A DNA stretch of 63,959 bases, filler included, from Octopus bimaculoides (taxonomy: Eukaryota): NCBI RefSeq assembly GCF_001194135.2. It is 9 parts of 9 records of this genome, joined end to end, with 100 filler letters (N's around TTAATTAATTAA, not from the genome) between each part and the next. Parts side by side here need not be neighbours in the genome. Positions count along the whole stretch, not along the records: positions 48,033 to 59,040 come from NC_068992.1; positions 59,141 to 62,614 come from NC_068996.1; positions 62,715 to 63,959 come from NW_026437795.1; 6 more parts are not named here. One strand, written 5' to 3'. A program made the translations under genes and the position numbers. Position 1 is the first letter of the stretch; every line of letters begins with the position of its first letter. The notes under the pieces are model-generated. The model saw only the letters and a program-made list of their open reading frames with translations. It ran no database searches and had not been told where the DNA came from. Below, one piece after another: positions 52,620 through 63,959 of the stretch.

Positions 52620-52920
52620 TGTTCAGCAGCTGGTAATCTCAGGCAAATTTCTACAGCTGTACTTTCTACATTTCCGTATTACTTTGGTGTGTGCAGCATT
52701 ACGCGTTCTTTGTTGTTGCTGGGGGAGTGCAAACTCTTACCGCTATTGTACTGCATCAGTTTGATTCTTTTATTTATGAGGTTTGGTGCAATCTTTTATT
52801 GTATTAGTGTTTGCATTGTGTGTTGTGCGTGTAATATGGTGGGTACATAACCTGCTGGTGGCAGTTTATTTCATTGGATATTTGCTGTATAGAATGTGTC
52901 TTGTGTTTGCGGATTGTTTT
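52620..52920 (-). pseudogene. Very old R4/Dong-like fragment (region before the CCHC finger)
   Basis: NKLPPAGYVPTILHAQHTMQTLIQ*KIAPNLINK resembles the AQ..TL..I segment preceding the knuckle; weak. Confidence 0.35.
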
Positions 52921-52945
52921 GTTTAGGTTGTATTATTGAATTAAT

Positions 52946-52994
52946 TCTTCTTCTTCTTCTTCTTCTTCTTCTTCTTCTTCTTCTTCTTCTTCTT

Positions 52995-53025
<31 letters not shown>

Positions 53026-53053
53026 TCATTGTTGTTGTTGTTGTTGTTGTTGT
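52946..53053. repeat. (CTT)n + (GTT)n microsatellite
   Basis: Direct reading. Confidence 0.95.
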
Positions 53054-53215
53054 TAAGGCGATGAGGTGGCAAAATCATTGGCACACCGGGTGAAATGCTT
53101 AGCGGTATTTCGTCCTTTCAGGGTCGATAATTTAAGTACCAGTCAAGTATTGGAGTCGATGTGATCGATTGTCCCCATCCCCACAAAAATACAGGCCTTG
53201 TGCCAATAGCAGAAC

Positions 53216-53217
<2 letters not shown>
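53054..53217 (+). mobile_element. SINE family C copy with internal deletion and (ATT)n tail
   Basis: taaggcgatgaggtggcaaaatcattggcacaccggg...gggtcgataatttaagtacc. Confidence 0.85.
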
Positions 53218-53268
<51 letters not shown>

Positions 53269-53271
53269 TTC

Positions 53272-54195
53272 ATTATCATCTTCTCTCAATTCTGTTCCCA
53301 TTTCTTGCCGAGTGTCTTCCTAACGCTTAAGGCAGAGAAATGCACTGTATATATTGATAGGTCATTAAAATAAACACGAAATTTTCAAAGTTATGAGATA
53401 GAGAAAAAGGGAAGGAAGATAGAGAGAAAATATAAAAAAGGAAAAGGAAAAAAGCAAACAAAGAAAGCTGGAGAAAGGAAAGAAAATTCACAACATTGCT
53501 CTTCTCAATACGTGTGACGTATCAATTAAGACAATCTTTTACACTTCCTGCATGGATGGTAAACTAGGGATTATTCTTAAATAATTTTCAGTTCCTTTTT
53601 TGATCATTCCAAGTGCCCATACAATCACTGGTATTGTAATCGTCTTGAGATTCTACATCTTTCCGATTTTGATGCGCAAATTTTTATATTTTCTGAGCTT
53701 ATCAAATTCTTTTGCCGAGATATTATGGTCACCGGCTGTGCTCATGTCAATCAATAAACAGACTTTATTGCTTTGGTCTTTCACAACAATATCCGGTTTG
53801 TTTTTCTTTGATGGTCCGGTTCTGTACATACAGGGAAGTCCCAAAGAATCGTTACATTTTCTCCTTCAGTTACAACCTCAGGATGGTGCTTGTGCCATTT
53901 ATCAGCAGTTTTGATTTTATGACTGTGTCAACATCTAACTCCACTGAATGTAAGGTCTTCAGTTTCCCTTTCTGGAAAGCAGCCTTGGAACATTTATCAA
54001 GACCAGATTCTATCCCAGTGTCATTACTGAATGCATTCACAGTACGTTGTTGTCCTTCAAACTCATTATCGTCTTTGCTTGAGAGTTTTAAATCATCCAT
54101 ATAAAACAGATGACTTATTTTCTTGTCGACAATTTTATATCGATATCTTGTTCTGTTAAGTTCACTTGTAAGGGAGAAGAGGGCTATGCAGAAAA
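53272..54195 (-). mobile_element. R4/Dong-clade LINE, 5'-truncated, with a large internal deletion joining RT to the endonuclease
   Basis: FCIALFSL...KKISHLFYMDDLKL...GLDKC...DTVIK fused at about 53915 to KTADKWHKHHPEVVTEGENVTILWDFPV...NKPDIVVKD...IDMS...KLRKYKNL; flanked by (AAT)n on both sides. Confidence 0.9.
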
Positions 54196-54213
54196 TTATT
54201 ATTATTATTATTA

Positions 54214-54251
<38 letters not shown>

Positions 54252-54488
54252 GTTCAGTAATTATATTTTTATAACGTGCTTTTACTTCACTACCGAACGC
54301 AGCTCTGTGTGCCTTGGGTATGTGATGTGGTTTGCTGTGATGCTCTTATAGTTACTGTACTGAAAGTGTTTTGCGTTGGGTGTGTGCAGTGCCCAGTAGT
54401 ACAATTTTCTGTATGTTATATATATTTGTAAGTCCAGGTGTTTTATTATTATTATTATTATTGTTCAGTAGTTTTATTTTTATAACGT
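54252..54488 (-). mobile_element. Two further R4/Dong 3' ends in tandem (54252-54445, and 54460-54488 running into a gap)
   Basis: IQKIVLLGTAHTQRKTLSVQ* plus 3' UTR ending ...acgttataaaaa...tactgaacaataat; the same terminus recurs at 54460-54488; copies are separated by (AAT)n. Confidence 0.85.
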
Positions 54489-54922
54489 NNNNNNNNNNNN
54501 NNNNNNNNNNNNNNNNNNNNNNNNNNNNNNNNNNNNNNNNNNNNNNNNNNNNNNNNNNNNNNNNNNNNNNNNNNNNNNNNNNNNNNNNNNNNNNNNNNNN
54601 NNNNNNNNNNNNNNNNNNNNNNNNNNNNNNNNNNNNNNNNNNNNNNNNNNNNNNNNNNNNNNNNNNNNNNNNNNNNNNNNNNNNNNNNNNNNNNNNNNNN
54701 NNNNNNNNNNNNNNNNNNNNNNNNNNNNNNNNNNNNNNNNNNNNNNNNNNNNNNNNNNNNNNNNNNNNNNNNNNNNNNNNNNNNNNNNNNNNNNNNNNNN
54801 NNNNNNNNNNNNNNNNNNNNNNNNNNNNNNNNNNNNNNNNNNNNNNNNNNNNNNNNNNNNNNNNNNNNNNNNNNNNNNNNNNNNNNNNNNNNNNNNNNNN
54901 NNNNNNNNNNNNNNNNNNNNNN

Positions 54923-55283
54923 NGAGCAGTGCATGCCATCAAAATGATACTGGGGTAAAATATACGAAGCCCAATATACCCATCATTACTACCCGTCTGA
55001 TAAGGGTACACCAGGCGCATGCATCACAACCATATGTGCGTGACATGATGATCTCATATCAAGATAAACAGTGTATGACCTCGCAGGTGGGGCCCAGTTA
55101 GAATTTTCTTCAGGTCGAGTAGCCCATCCCGCTCAAAAGGTCCCTGAATAAGGTTTGTTTTAGGATGTTGAGCAAAACACCCATGTTTCCAAAGGTGAAT
55201 TATTCAAACCCCAAAGAAGTCCTCTCTATGATGCTCCCCCACTACTTCTGGTCGTGATCAGAGATGCACATATCGTCAGCCAC
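54923..55283. mobile_element. Interspersed repeat of uncertain class (SINE-like)
   Basis: GC-richer block starting gtggctgacgatatgtgcatctctgatcacg on the minus strand. I recognise it as a common octopus-type repeat, but there is only one copy here. Confidence 0.4.
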
Positions 55284-55485
55284 ATGTATACATATATATG
55301 CGTATACATATATATATACACAAACATACACCTATAGATGTATATGAGTATGTATGTTTGTGTGAGGATGTGTATATATATGATATAGAAGATAATATAA
55401 TGTAATATAATATAATATATATGTATATACATATATATACATATGTATATGTATATATATATGTATATATATATATACATATATA

Positions 55486-55526
<41 letters not shown>

Positions 55527-55558
55527 GTGTGTGTGTGTGAGTGTGTTTGTCTGTGTGT

Positions 55559-55642
55559 ACAGTAACAGTTTAGAAAAAAGACCATTGGTTTCATATCTAG
55601 CATGAACTAGACATTTCTTCAGTTTTTCTAAACGGTAACTGT
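55559..55642 (-). ncRNA. Type I hammerhead ribozyme downstream of a Penelope-like ORF
   Basis: Minus strand: acagttaccgtttagaaaaa CTGAAGA a atgtctag(ttcatg)ctagatat GAAA cc aat g GTC ttttttctaaactgttactgt; predicted cleavage between 55580 and 55579. Confidence 0.85.
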
Positions 55643-55751
55643 TCCCTGCAAAGAATGTTTTTTTTTTTAGCACAAGAACGCCGGTGATAGTTAAAATGAT
55701 ATTCCTCTTAAAAAATTATGGACGGGCGAGTTGTCTTCCTTCGCTTGATAG

Positions 55752-56300
55752 TTAGGTTTTCCAATTCTGAAGTAAAAATGTCCCAAAATATGTACAACTC
55801 CCCACAGCTTCCGTCCTGGAATTAAGGTAGCCTCCTGGCTCATATGAGTTCATAAAGATTGTACATTTTTCTGCCACACCCAATTTACATAGTCTTGTTC
55901 TATTGCGATAGGGTCCACAAGTTTCTACTAATTTCCACCTGATGTTAAAGGGTGTATGATCGTCCTTCACGTGCCATACGTATGCTGCGAGTGTCGTGGT
56001 GTTGCGTCTCTCCGGGACCCTGAAAGAAGATCTGTGGTTGTTCAGGCGAATTTTAAATTTGGATTCACAAGATCCGACATAAATTTTAGTTTATGTCCCT
56101 GTGTTGGCATTAATGTTACTGATATTGTGCTGTTTCTGTTTGAGGCTACCTTTCCTTGGTACACTGTAGCCTCGGTGTTATATCGGCCGTCCACTGGGCA
56201 TTCATTTCTAATCCCGCATGAATAACCCGCTTCTGTCTGTGGTTTAGGAGTGCTAAGTAATTTTTCCTTAACATTGGGTGCACAATACTTAAGTTTAATA
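55752..56300 (-). pseudogene. Penelope-like element GIY-YIG endonuclease region
   Basis: LKYCAPN...SCGIRNECPVDGRY...TVYQGKV and FNIRWKLVETCGPYRNRTRLCKLGVAEK...YLNSRTEAVGSC...FLLQNWK, matching the C.CR..CPL.G.C and I.W....PY....C.LC..EK...LN.R.E pattern. Confidence 0.85.
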
Positions 56301-56727
56301 AAAACTAGGTATGTGTTATCTTTCTTGTTCACCTCAGTTATTTTATGTACAATAATATATTTAAACGCACACATATATATACATACATACGCACAAATAT
56401 AATACGTATATCTGCGTGTGTTTGTATGCCTCTACATACTTAGAGAAATGCACACACACGTATACATACTTGTGTGGTTGTGTGGATGCGCTTGTGTGCC
56501 CTCAAATATAAAGAGATAATTTCTCTGTGTAAATAAATATTTATACACTGGGAGCGATACACATGACTGGACCTATACTCACACACACACAATAACACTC
56601 AGACACACACATGCATACATACAAACACATTCACACACACATTGTCGTACACATACAGAAAAAACTGCGATGCGCAAGCAGAAGTGTGTAGATGCTTATA
56701 TATGCGTGTATGTATATATATATATAT

Positions 56728-56925
56728 ATTCTTTTATTATTTTATTTGTTTCAGTCATTTGACTGCGGCCATGCTGGAGCACCGCCTTTAGTCGAAACAA
56801 ATCGACCCCAGGACTAATTCTTTGTAAGCCTGGTACTTAATCTATCGTTCTCTTTTGCCGAACAGCTAGGTTACGGGGACATCAGTCGTCAAGCGATGGT
56901 GGAGGACAAACGCAGACACAAACAT
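56728..56925 (-). mobile_element. SINE family A, 3' half
   Basis: Matches 46970-47170. Confidence 0.85.
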
Positions 56926-56943
56926 ATATACACATGCCATGCA

Positions 56944-56977
<34 letters not shown>

Positions 56978-57378
56978 NNNNNNNNNNNNNNNNNNNNNNN
57001 NNNNNNNNNNNNNNNNNNNNNNNNNNNNNNNNNNNNNNNNNNNNNNNNNNNNNNNNNNNNNNNNNNNNNNNNNNNNNNNNNNNNNNNNNNNNNNNNNNNN
57101 NNNNNNNNNNNNNNNNNNNNNNNNNNNNNNNNNNNNNNNNNNNNNNNNNNNNNNNNNNNNNNNNNNNNNNNNNNNNNNNNNNNNNNNNNNNNNNNNNNNN
57201 NNNNNNNNNNNNNNNNNNNNNNNNNNNNNNNNNNNNNNNNNNNNNNNNNNNNNNNNNNNNNNNNNNNNNNNNNNNNNNNNNNNNNNNNNNNNNNNNNNNN
57301 NNNNNNNNNNNNNNNNNNNNNNNNNNNNNNNNNNNNNNNNNNNNNNNNNNNNNNNNNNNNNNNNNNNNNNNNNNNNNN

Positions 57379-57421
<43 letters not shown>

Positions 57422-59004
57422 CATATTGTATATATATGCATATATATATATATATACATATATGCATATATACATATATATATATATGTATATATGCATA
57501 TATATATATATATATGCATATATATATGTATACATATATATATACATATATATATATATCTACTAATATATTTACATAGTAATATACGTTGTCATAAATG
57601 CACTCAAGCACACATGTGTGTATGTGTATGTATGTGTGTGTGTGTAATTGTGAGTGTGTTCGGTGCTATCTCAGTTTAGTCACATTTATGGCATTTCAAG
57701 CATTCTAAAGAAGCACAGAATCAATTTTAAGGAAGGTCTAAAAGAAAACATGTGGTGAACTCCAGGATTAGTTAGATAACAAGTCAGTAGAAACTCGTCG
57801 AGGCGTGATATTGTCATATCCATCATGCCGTGACTATATCATATATATATATATTCATAATAATGCATTGCATTGTTGTCTATTAATGATGTACTGTGTG
57901 GAAACTGTACCGCATTGTTATAAACGGAATGCTAACAGTTAATCCTCACACGATATGGTATTGTTTGTAAGATCTGTGGTGTTAAAAATCTAAGCAGTGA
58001 AGTGTATATATATATATATATATATATATTTCTTATTAAATATATTTGTGGATTTTGATGAAAACCATAGAGATGTTGCGAGTCCGGCGCCTGAGGCGTT
58101 TTCAAAGTCATTCAGGTTCGACTTGTCAACTTCCGGTTTCAGTAGCGCTTTTTCGTATCCCTTTTATGGTGTCTACGTATTGTTCTCAGCCCCCAAACAG
58201 TTAACAGACTGGAAAAGTGATTTTTACTTCGAACTGCAGCTCTCTGCAACTCACTACCTTCGCCTTGGTTTATAACACTGAATAACACTAAATCGTTAAG
58301 TTTTCTCTCAATTCATTGGCGCCTTCTTTTCTTTATTTCCAGTCCCTTTTGCTACAGACGTTTCACTCCTCGTCTGGGACAAAATTATTTTCAAAAAATA
58401 GCCGGAGCATTGAATAATTAAGGAGTGTATAATTTGTTTGCAGTGTTGAATTCAGTTTCAAATGTTCGAATCTTAATTTTTGCTGATTCCTTACGGAGAA
58501 AACTGCACAACTTGTAAGGATCCTTTTCACAGATCCTCTGAGAGACAAATGGGAGGAAGAAGATAAGTTGTCCTATTCCTGTAATCCTGACCCAGATATT
58601 GTTGCAACAGACTGAACAATGCTAGAGGATCAAGTGCTGGTACTAAAACATGAGAAGAGTCTGCTACCCTAGAACTAAGAATGCAAAGAGACAGATGAAG
58701 ATATCACCTAAGAGGCCCAAACAACTACCGCAAGGTATAAATATATACATATTTATATATTAACGGAGCAAACGTGCACAAAATACAGGCACCAAAAAAT
58801 TAAGGGAAGGTGGCAAGGTACTACAGGTGCGACAGCTGTTTCGGGGAAGGGGTTCGGAATAAGGTTAAGCAGATGTACTTCGTAAAAGATTGAGGATATG
58901 TTACCAGTTGTGGAAGCATATAAACATGAGGTTAATCCGGCTTCTGTCATCAGGATGCGGAGATAGGTATCTAACTAACTAACTAACTAACTAACTAATT
59001 AACC

Positions 59005-59035
<31 letters not shown>

Positions 59036-59140
59036 TATATNNNNNNNNNNNNNNNNNNNNNNNNNNNNNNNNNNNNNNNNNNNNTTAATTAATTAANNNN
59101 NNNNNNNNNNNNNNNNNNNNNNNNNNNNNNNNNNNNNNNN

Positions 59141-59215
59141 ATAAGTACCAGTTAACAACTGGGGTCGATGTAATCAACTTCCCTCCACTCCTAGAAATTT
59201 GTCCTGGGGTCAAAA
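59141..59215 (+). mobile_element. SINE family C, 3' fragment
   Basis: ataagtaccag...ctggggtcgatgtaatcaactt. Confidence 0.75.
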
Positions 59216-59220
59216 CAAGG

Positions 59221-59255
59221 ACTGTTGTTGTTGCTGCTGTTGCTGCTGCTGCTGC

Positions 59256-59310
<55 letters not shown>

Positions 59311-59360
59311 GCTGTTGCTGCTGCTGTTGTTGTTCTTCTTGTTGTTGTTGTTCTTGTTTC
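59221..59360. repeat. (GTT)n/(GCT)n microsatellite
   Basis: Direct reading; source of the poly-C and poly-L pseudo-ORFs. Confidence 0.95.
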
Positions 59361-59690
59361 TGTTGCTTTTCTTGCTTACATGCTGTTATTACTTAGCAGG
59401 TACGTCTGTCTACAGGTTTGGTGAGAACAAGTTTCCTCAAAAATCTCCAAAAACTTTCGTAGAATTCTTGCAGATTACAGGAATGCACTTTTCTGCAGAT
59501 CAGCAACGAGTGTTTCAATTCCAATATCTTTCAGTCTTTCAAATAACATTTTAGGTGCTGTGCCAAGTAACAGCAATCACCACAGCAATAATTATGGCTT
59601 TGTTCTTCCACAGTTTCTTCAGCTATCTGGCGATGTCCTGATATTTCTCAGTTTTCTCAGTTTCATTGGTATCCACTCTAATATCATACT
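59361..59690 (-). mobile_element. R4/Dong-clade LINE 3' fragment ending in (AAC)n
   Basis: EKYQDIAR*LKKLWKNKAIIIAVVI...RLKDIGIETLVADLQKSA...ARILRKFLEI* (frameshifted), matching the endonuclease C-terminus. Confidence 0.8.
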
Positions 59691-60062
59691 ACCTGGCCCC
59701 GTGCCGTCAAAAATGATGGCTAATTGTAGTATTTTATATATAAATATGGATGGTAAATCAAATTAATACCCTTGTCAATGTTATTTAGTGGTTGTCTTTT
59801 GAGATGTGACGACGATCATCGTTTGTTACTGAAAGAACGCCAATTCAAACATACAAACATTCACATACTTCCCTTGTACACGCGCACACACGTGCGCACG
59901 CGCGCGCACACATACACACACATAGTTGAAACGCTGTTTGATGTTTTTCAATGTTGAATGTTCACCACCTCACTTCCATTGCACACACCACACACACACA
60001 CACACAAGCATTCACATACCTCCCTTTTTACATACACACACATATACTCAAATAGAGTTGAA

Positions 60063-60138
<76 letters not shown>

Positions 60139-60544
60139 AAACATTCACATACCTCCTTTTTACATACACACATATACTCACACAGAGTTGAAACGCCCCT
60201 ACTATCAGTTTGCCATCGCCCCTTCCTTCCTTATTCATCTATCACTCTTCCTTTCTCATTCATAATGTTGTGACGGAGAAAAACACAAGAGTATTATTAT
60301 AGATTATAAGTGTTCAGTTCATGATATTAAATTGCTTGTTTTTTGTTTTTGTCTTTTGTTCTCTATAATTTATCTGGTCTTCTTGTTTCAATTGTATGGT
60401 CAATGTTTATGAAATCCCATAAAATACTGTATTTATCATTCACCATCACAGTTTCAATGCTCCACTTTTCTGTCACTTTGAATCCATACACTCGGCTATA
60501 TTCATCTTTATCAATTTTTTTCGTATTGTTTCTTCATGGGCAGC

Positions 60545-61075
60545 TATAGTCGACCACAAATACTTGGAGATTGTCCTTGCGGCGGCCGGTTTCGGTCCGT
60601 TTACACAGGCTGGATCGCTGCATTGTAGAGTGACATCTCTACGGTGGTCAAAGTACATGGTCGCCTATCACAGTCGTTTAGCATCGCACGTTCGGTGCTT
60701 CAAGGACATCCACTCCCGCCTCTTCTATATGTGCTGGCTCTTGAGCCATTGCTACGGAACATCCCATGTGAACTTGGATGTGGAAGGTTCGTGTCGAATT
60801 ACGTCACAGTAATAGTGTCGGACAACTCGGAAATCGAGGTGATCGGCACTGCCCTTATGGAGTACACAACGGTGATAAGAGCGAAGATTAACCAGGAAAA
60901 GTTGGTGAGCCTGCAGCCGACCGTCCATGCCGACCGACAGCATCGTAGGGTGCTGGATGGAAGGATCGGTTAAATTGCACGGAGTTTGATTTGGTCCGGA
61001 CAAGAACTGGAGGGAGGTGACGAGCTAGGTGGCCAGTCTCACCCAGAGATGGGCAGAATGGATTTTGTCTAACGC
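60545..61075 (+). pseudogene. Tx1/L1-clade RT fragment related to the element at 1-3745
   Basis: VDHKYLEIVLAAAGFGP...WIAAL*SDIS...SVLQGHPLPPLLYVLALEPLLR...AKINQEK. Confidence 0.88.
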
Positions 61076-61077
61076 TA

Positions 61078-61530
61078 GTATGATATACCATTCTTGCAAT
61101 AACTATTGTATGGTACACCATATTATGCAATAACTACTATATACCAACCAGGTAGTCAGTACTGTATGGTACACCATCTATGCAATACTTACTGTTGGTA
61201 TGCCATCAATGCAATAACTACTTTATGGTATACCATCCATGCAATAACTATAGTATTGTACACCATACTATGCAATAACTACAGTATGGTACATCATCCA
61301 TACAATACTTACTATAAGGTATACTACCAATGCAATAACTACAGTATGGTACACCAACTATGCAATAACAACAGTATGGTATACCAACCTTGTAATAAAT
61401 ACTGCATGTTACACCATCCATACAACACTTACTGTACGGTATACCATCTATGCAATAACTACAGTATGGCGCGCCATCCATGCAATAATGATTGAATGGT
61501 ACACCATTCATTCCATAACTACTGTATAGT
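61078..61530. repeat. 30-bp minisatellite, about 15 units, with 120-bp higher-order periodicity
   Basis: Consensus near tggtacaccatctatgcaataactacagta; the variant cttact recurs at 61188, 61308 and 61428. Confidence 0.9.
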
Positions 61531-61571
61531 CCTTTTACCATTCACTTGTCTGCTGCCACTATCTCCACATA

Positions 61572-61618
<47 letters not shown>

Positions 61619-62119
61619 TCTCTCGCTCTTTCTCTTCTCTCTGACACACGCGCGCGATCTTTCTCTCAAACGAAGAAGACGAGCCCGAAACGTAAGATAC
61701 TCCACTCCTGCGCACAACCATTCACCTATCGTACAAAAACTCTTCTATAAACTTTAAGGATTATTGGCTAACAATACCGGCGCCCAAATTCACCATCTCC
61801 CATAGCTTCCGGTATTTTATATCGCATTAAACTGCTATAAATCTTTCTTTCGTTTTTTTTTCTTTAATCCATGTCAATATAACTTATTAAAAATTCTAAA
61901 TTGCCATAAAAAAAAACAAAAAAAAAACGAAAAGACAAAAATGAAAACTAAATTAAAATTAAAATTAAAATTAAAAAACGTCCGAGGTAATCTGGCAAAG
62001 ATATTACTATACATACACGCACACATACACACATACACACACAAACACGTGCACATATATGTATATATATGTGTGTGTGTGTGTGTGTGTATACATATAT
62101 ATATACTTATATTACACAC

Positions 62120-62150
<31 letters not shown>

Positions 62151-62714
62151 CATGCACACACATACACGCACACATATGTATACACACACACACATATATA
62201 TATATGCACACACATACACACACACATATGTATACATACACACATATATATATATATATATATGCACACGCATACACACACATATGTATACATACACATA
62301 TATATGTGTGTATGTGTGTGTATGTATACACATACACATACACACACGTACATATATATATACATGCACATACATACATACATACACACATACATACACA
62401 CACACACATAAGTACACTAGACATCTTGAAGTGTTCTAGTTGTTGATGACGCGGAATATAAAATTTCTACTCCAGTTCCACTGTTACAAAGTCTTTGGTG
62501 TTAAAACTGGATTGGTACCCCACTCCCTGCCTGACTATGGTTGCTTTTTCTTAAGTGTGTTCTGGCTCCGAAAGTAAAACGAGATTTCTCACAGAGTTAT
62601 TGGTTATGTCAAGGNNNNNNNNNNNNNNNNNNNNNNNNNNNNNNNNNNNNNNNNNNNNTTAATTAATTAANNNNNNNNNNNNNNNNNNNNNNNNNNNNNN
62701 NNNNNNNNNNNNNN

Positions 62715-62847
62715 TTATAAACAAGGGCAAAACAGATTTCTATGCCAATATGCTGAGAATAGGCTTTAAATCGTCTATTAAAGTCCATTCTCAGCATATT
62801 GGCATAGATATCTTTTTTCTTTTGCTCTTGTTTTTAATTGTTTATAA
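62715..62847. other. Long hairpin / small foldback element
   Basis: The core 62735-62812 forms about 35 bp of stem with an 8-nt loop; outer arms ttataaacaa/ttgtttataa. Confidence 0.8.
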
Positions 62848-63587
62848 TTTTCACCTTTAAAGGTATTTTAACATGCTGGGCACTTTGATGAAATTATTTT
62901 GGGAGGAAATTTTATCCTATATTATACATATATATATATATATACATAAATATATACATATATACATATATACATATACATGTACACATATACATATATA
63001 CATATATATACACATATACACATGTATATACATATACATGTATATATACATATATAGATATGCATATGTACATATACATGTATATATGTATACGTATATA
63101 CATATATATATAGATATACATTTCATATATATACATATATATATATATAAACATGTTCACACATATATATACATATGCATGTATATATATACATATATAT
63201 ACAAATACATGTATATATATGCATATATACATATACATATATATACATATACATGNNNNNNNNNNNNNNNNNNNNNNNNNNNNNNNNNNNNNNNNNNNNN
63301 NNNNNNNNNNNNNNNNNNNNNNNNNNNNNNNNNNNNNNNNNNNNNNNNNNNNNNNNNNNNNNNNNNNNNNNNNNNNNNNNNNNNNNNNGTATATACATAT
63401 ACATGTATATATATATATTCATATACTTATATATACATTTACAAGTATATATACACATATATATACATACATATACATACACCAGATGTGCCATCAAAAC
63501 TCTTAATTGGACTATATCAGGTGCAGGAGAAGAGCCATGCAAGGAACGTGAAGAGNNNNNNNNNNNNNNNNNNNNNNNNNNNNNNNT

Positions 63588-63630
63588 GCTCCAGCATGAC
63601 CACAGCCACTTAGCTGAAACCCATAAATAA
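63588..63630 (+). mobile_element. SINE family A-like 3' end after a gap
   Basis: tgctccagcatgaccacag...gctgaaac...ataaataaaata. Confidence 0.55.
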
Positions 63631-63959
63631 AATATAGATATATATACATGTACATGTATATATATATATACATATATATACATATACATGTATATATATA
63701 CATATACATATACATATATACATATATATATATACATATANNNNNNNNNNNNNNNNNNNNNNNNNNNNNNNNNNNNNNNNNNNNNNNNNNNNNNNNNNNN
63801 NNNNNNTATATATATATGCATATATATATGTACATATAGGCATATATATATACATATACATAAATATATATGTATATACATATGTATACATATACATATA
63901 CATGTATACTTATACATATATACATATATATAAACGTATACATATACATATATACTTAT

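Larger units (their letters stand above)
61990..63959. repeat. (TA)/(CA)/(CATATA) low-complexity region with gaps
   Basis: Direct reading; interrupted by unique stretches at about 62410-62920 and 63480-63630. Confidence 0.9.

Noticed and set aside
61078-61530. Repeat array considered as CRISPR-like or as a His/Cys repeat protein
   Set aside because: Units are adjacent with no unique spacers, the context is eukaryotic, and indels break the reading frame.
61874-63959. Many 100-260-aa ORFs rich in Y/I/H/T/C/V/M (also at 8-13, 22-27, 48-52 and 57 kb)
   Set aside because: Six-frame translations of dinucleotide and tetranucleotide microsatellites.

Overview
Non-genic-looking animal genomic DNA: AT-rich, very dense in microsatellites, with many assembly gaps. 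The SINE content and the (CA)/(TA)/(CATA)/(AAT) load resemble a cephalopod (Octopus-like) scaffold; that is an inference from remembered repeat families, not a database result. No intact transposon ORF, rRNA, tRNA gene or CRISPR array is present. Most long ORFs in the supplied track are translated microsatellites or N runs. Recognisable content: decayed non-LTR retrotransposons of four clades (Tx1/L1, RTE, R4/Dong, Penelope-like); one Ty3/gypsy LTR element with an intact 5-bp TSD but an internal inversion plus deletion; at least five SINE families; several MITE/foldback elements; Helitron-like ends; and two tandem repeats. A probable host gene lies on the minus strand: a 93-nt exon spliced in phase to a terminal exon ending ...NSEEDDEEFEF*, with candidate microexons upstream. 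The most interesting signals are (1) minimal type I hammerhead ribozymes downstream of Penelope-like GIY-YIG remnants, plus a possible HDV-like ribozyme remnant at the RTE 5' end; (2) R4/Dong LINEs sitting in three different microsatellites, (AAT)n, (CATA)n and (AAC)n, often at SINE tails; (3) a microhomology-joined patchwork of four templated segments at 40.5-40.9 kb; (4) the rearranged gypsy element.
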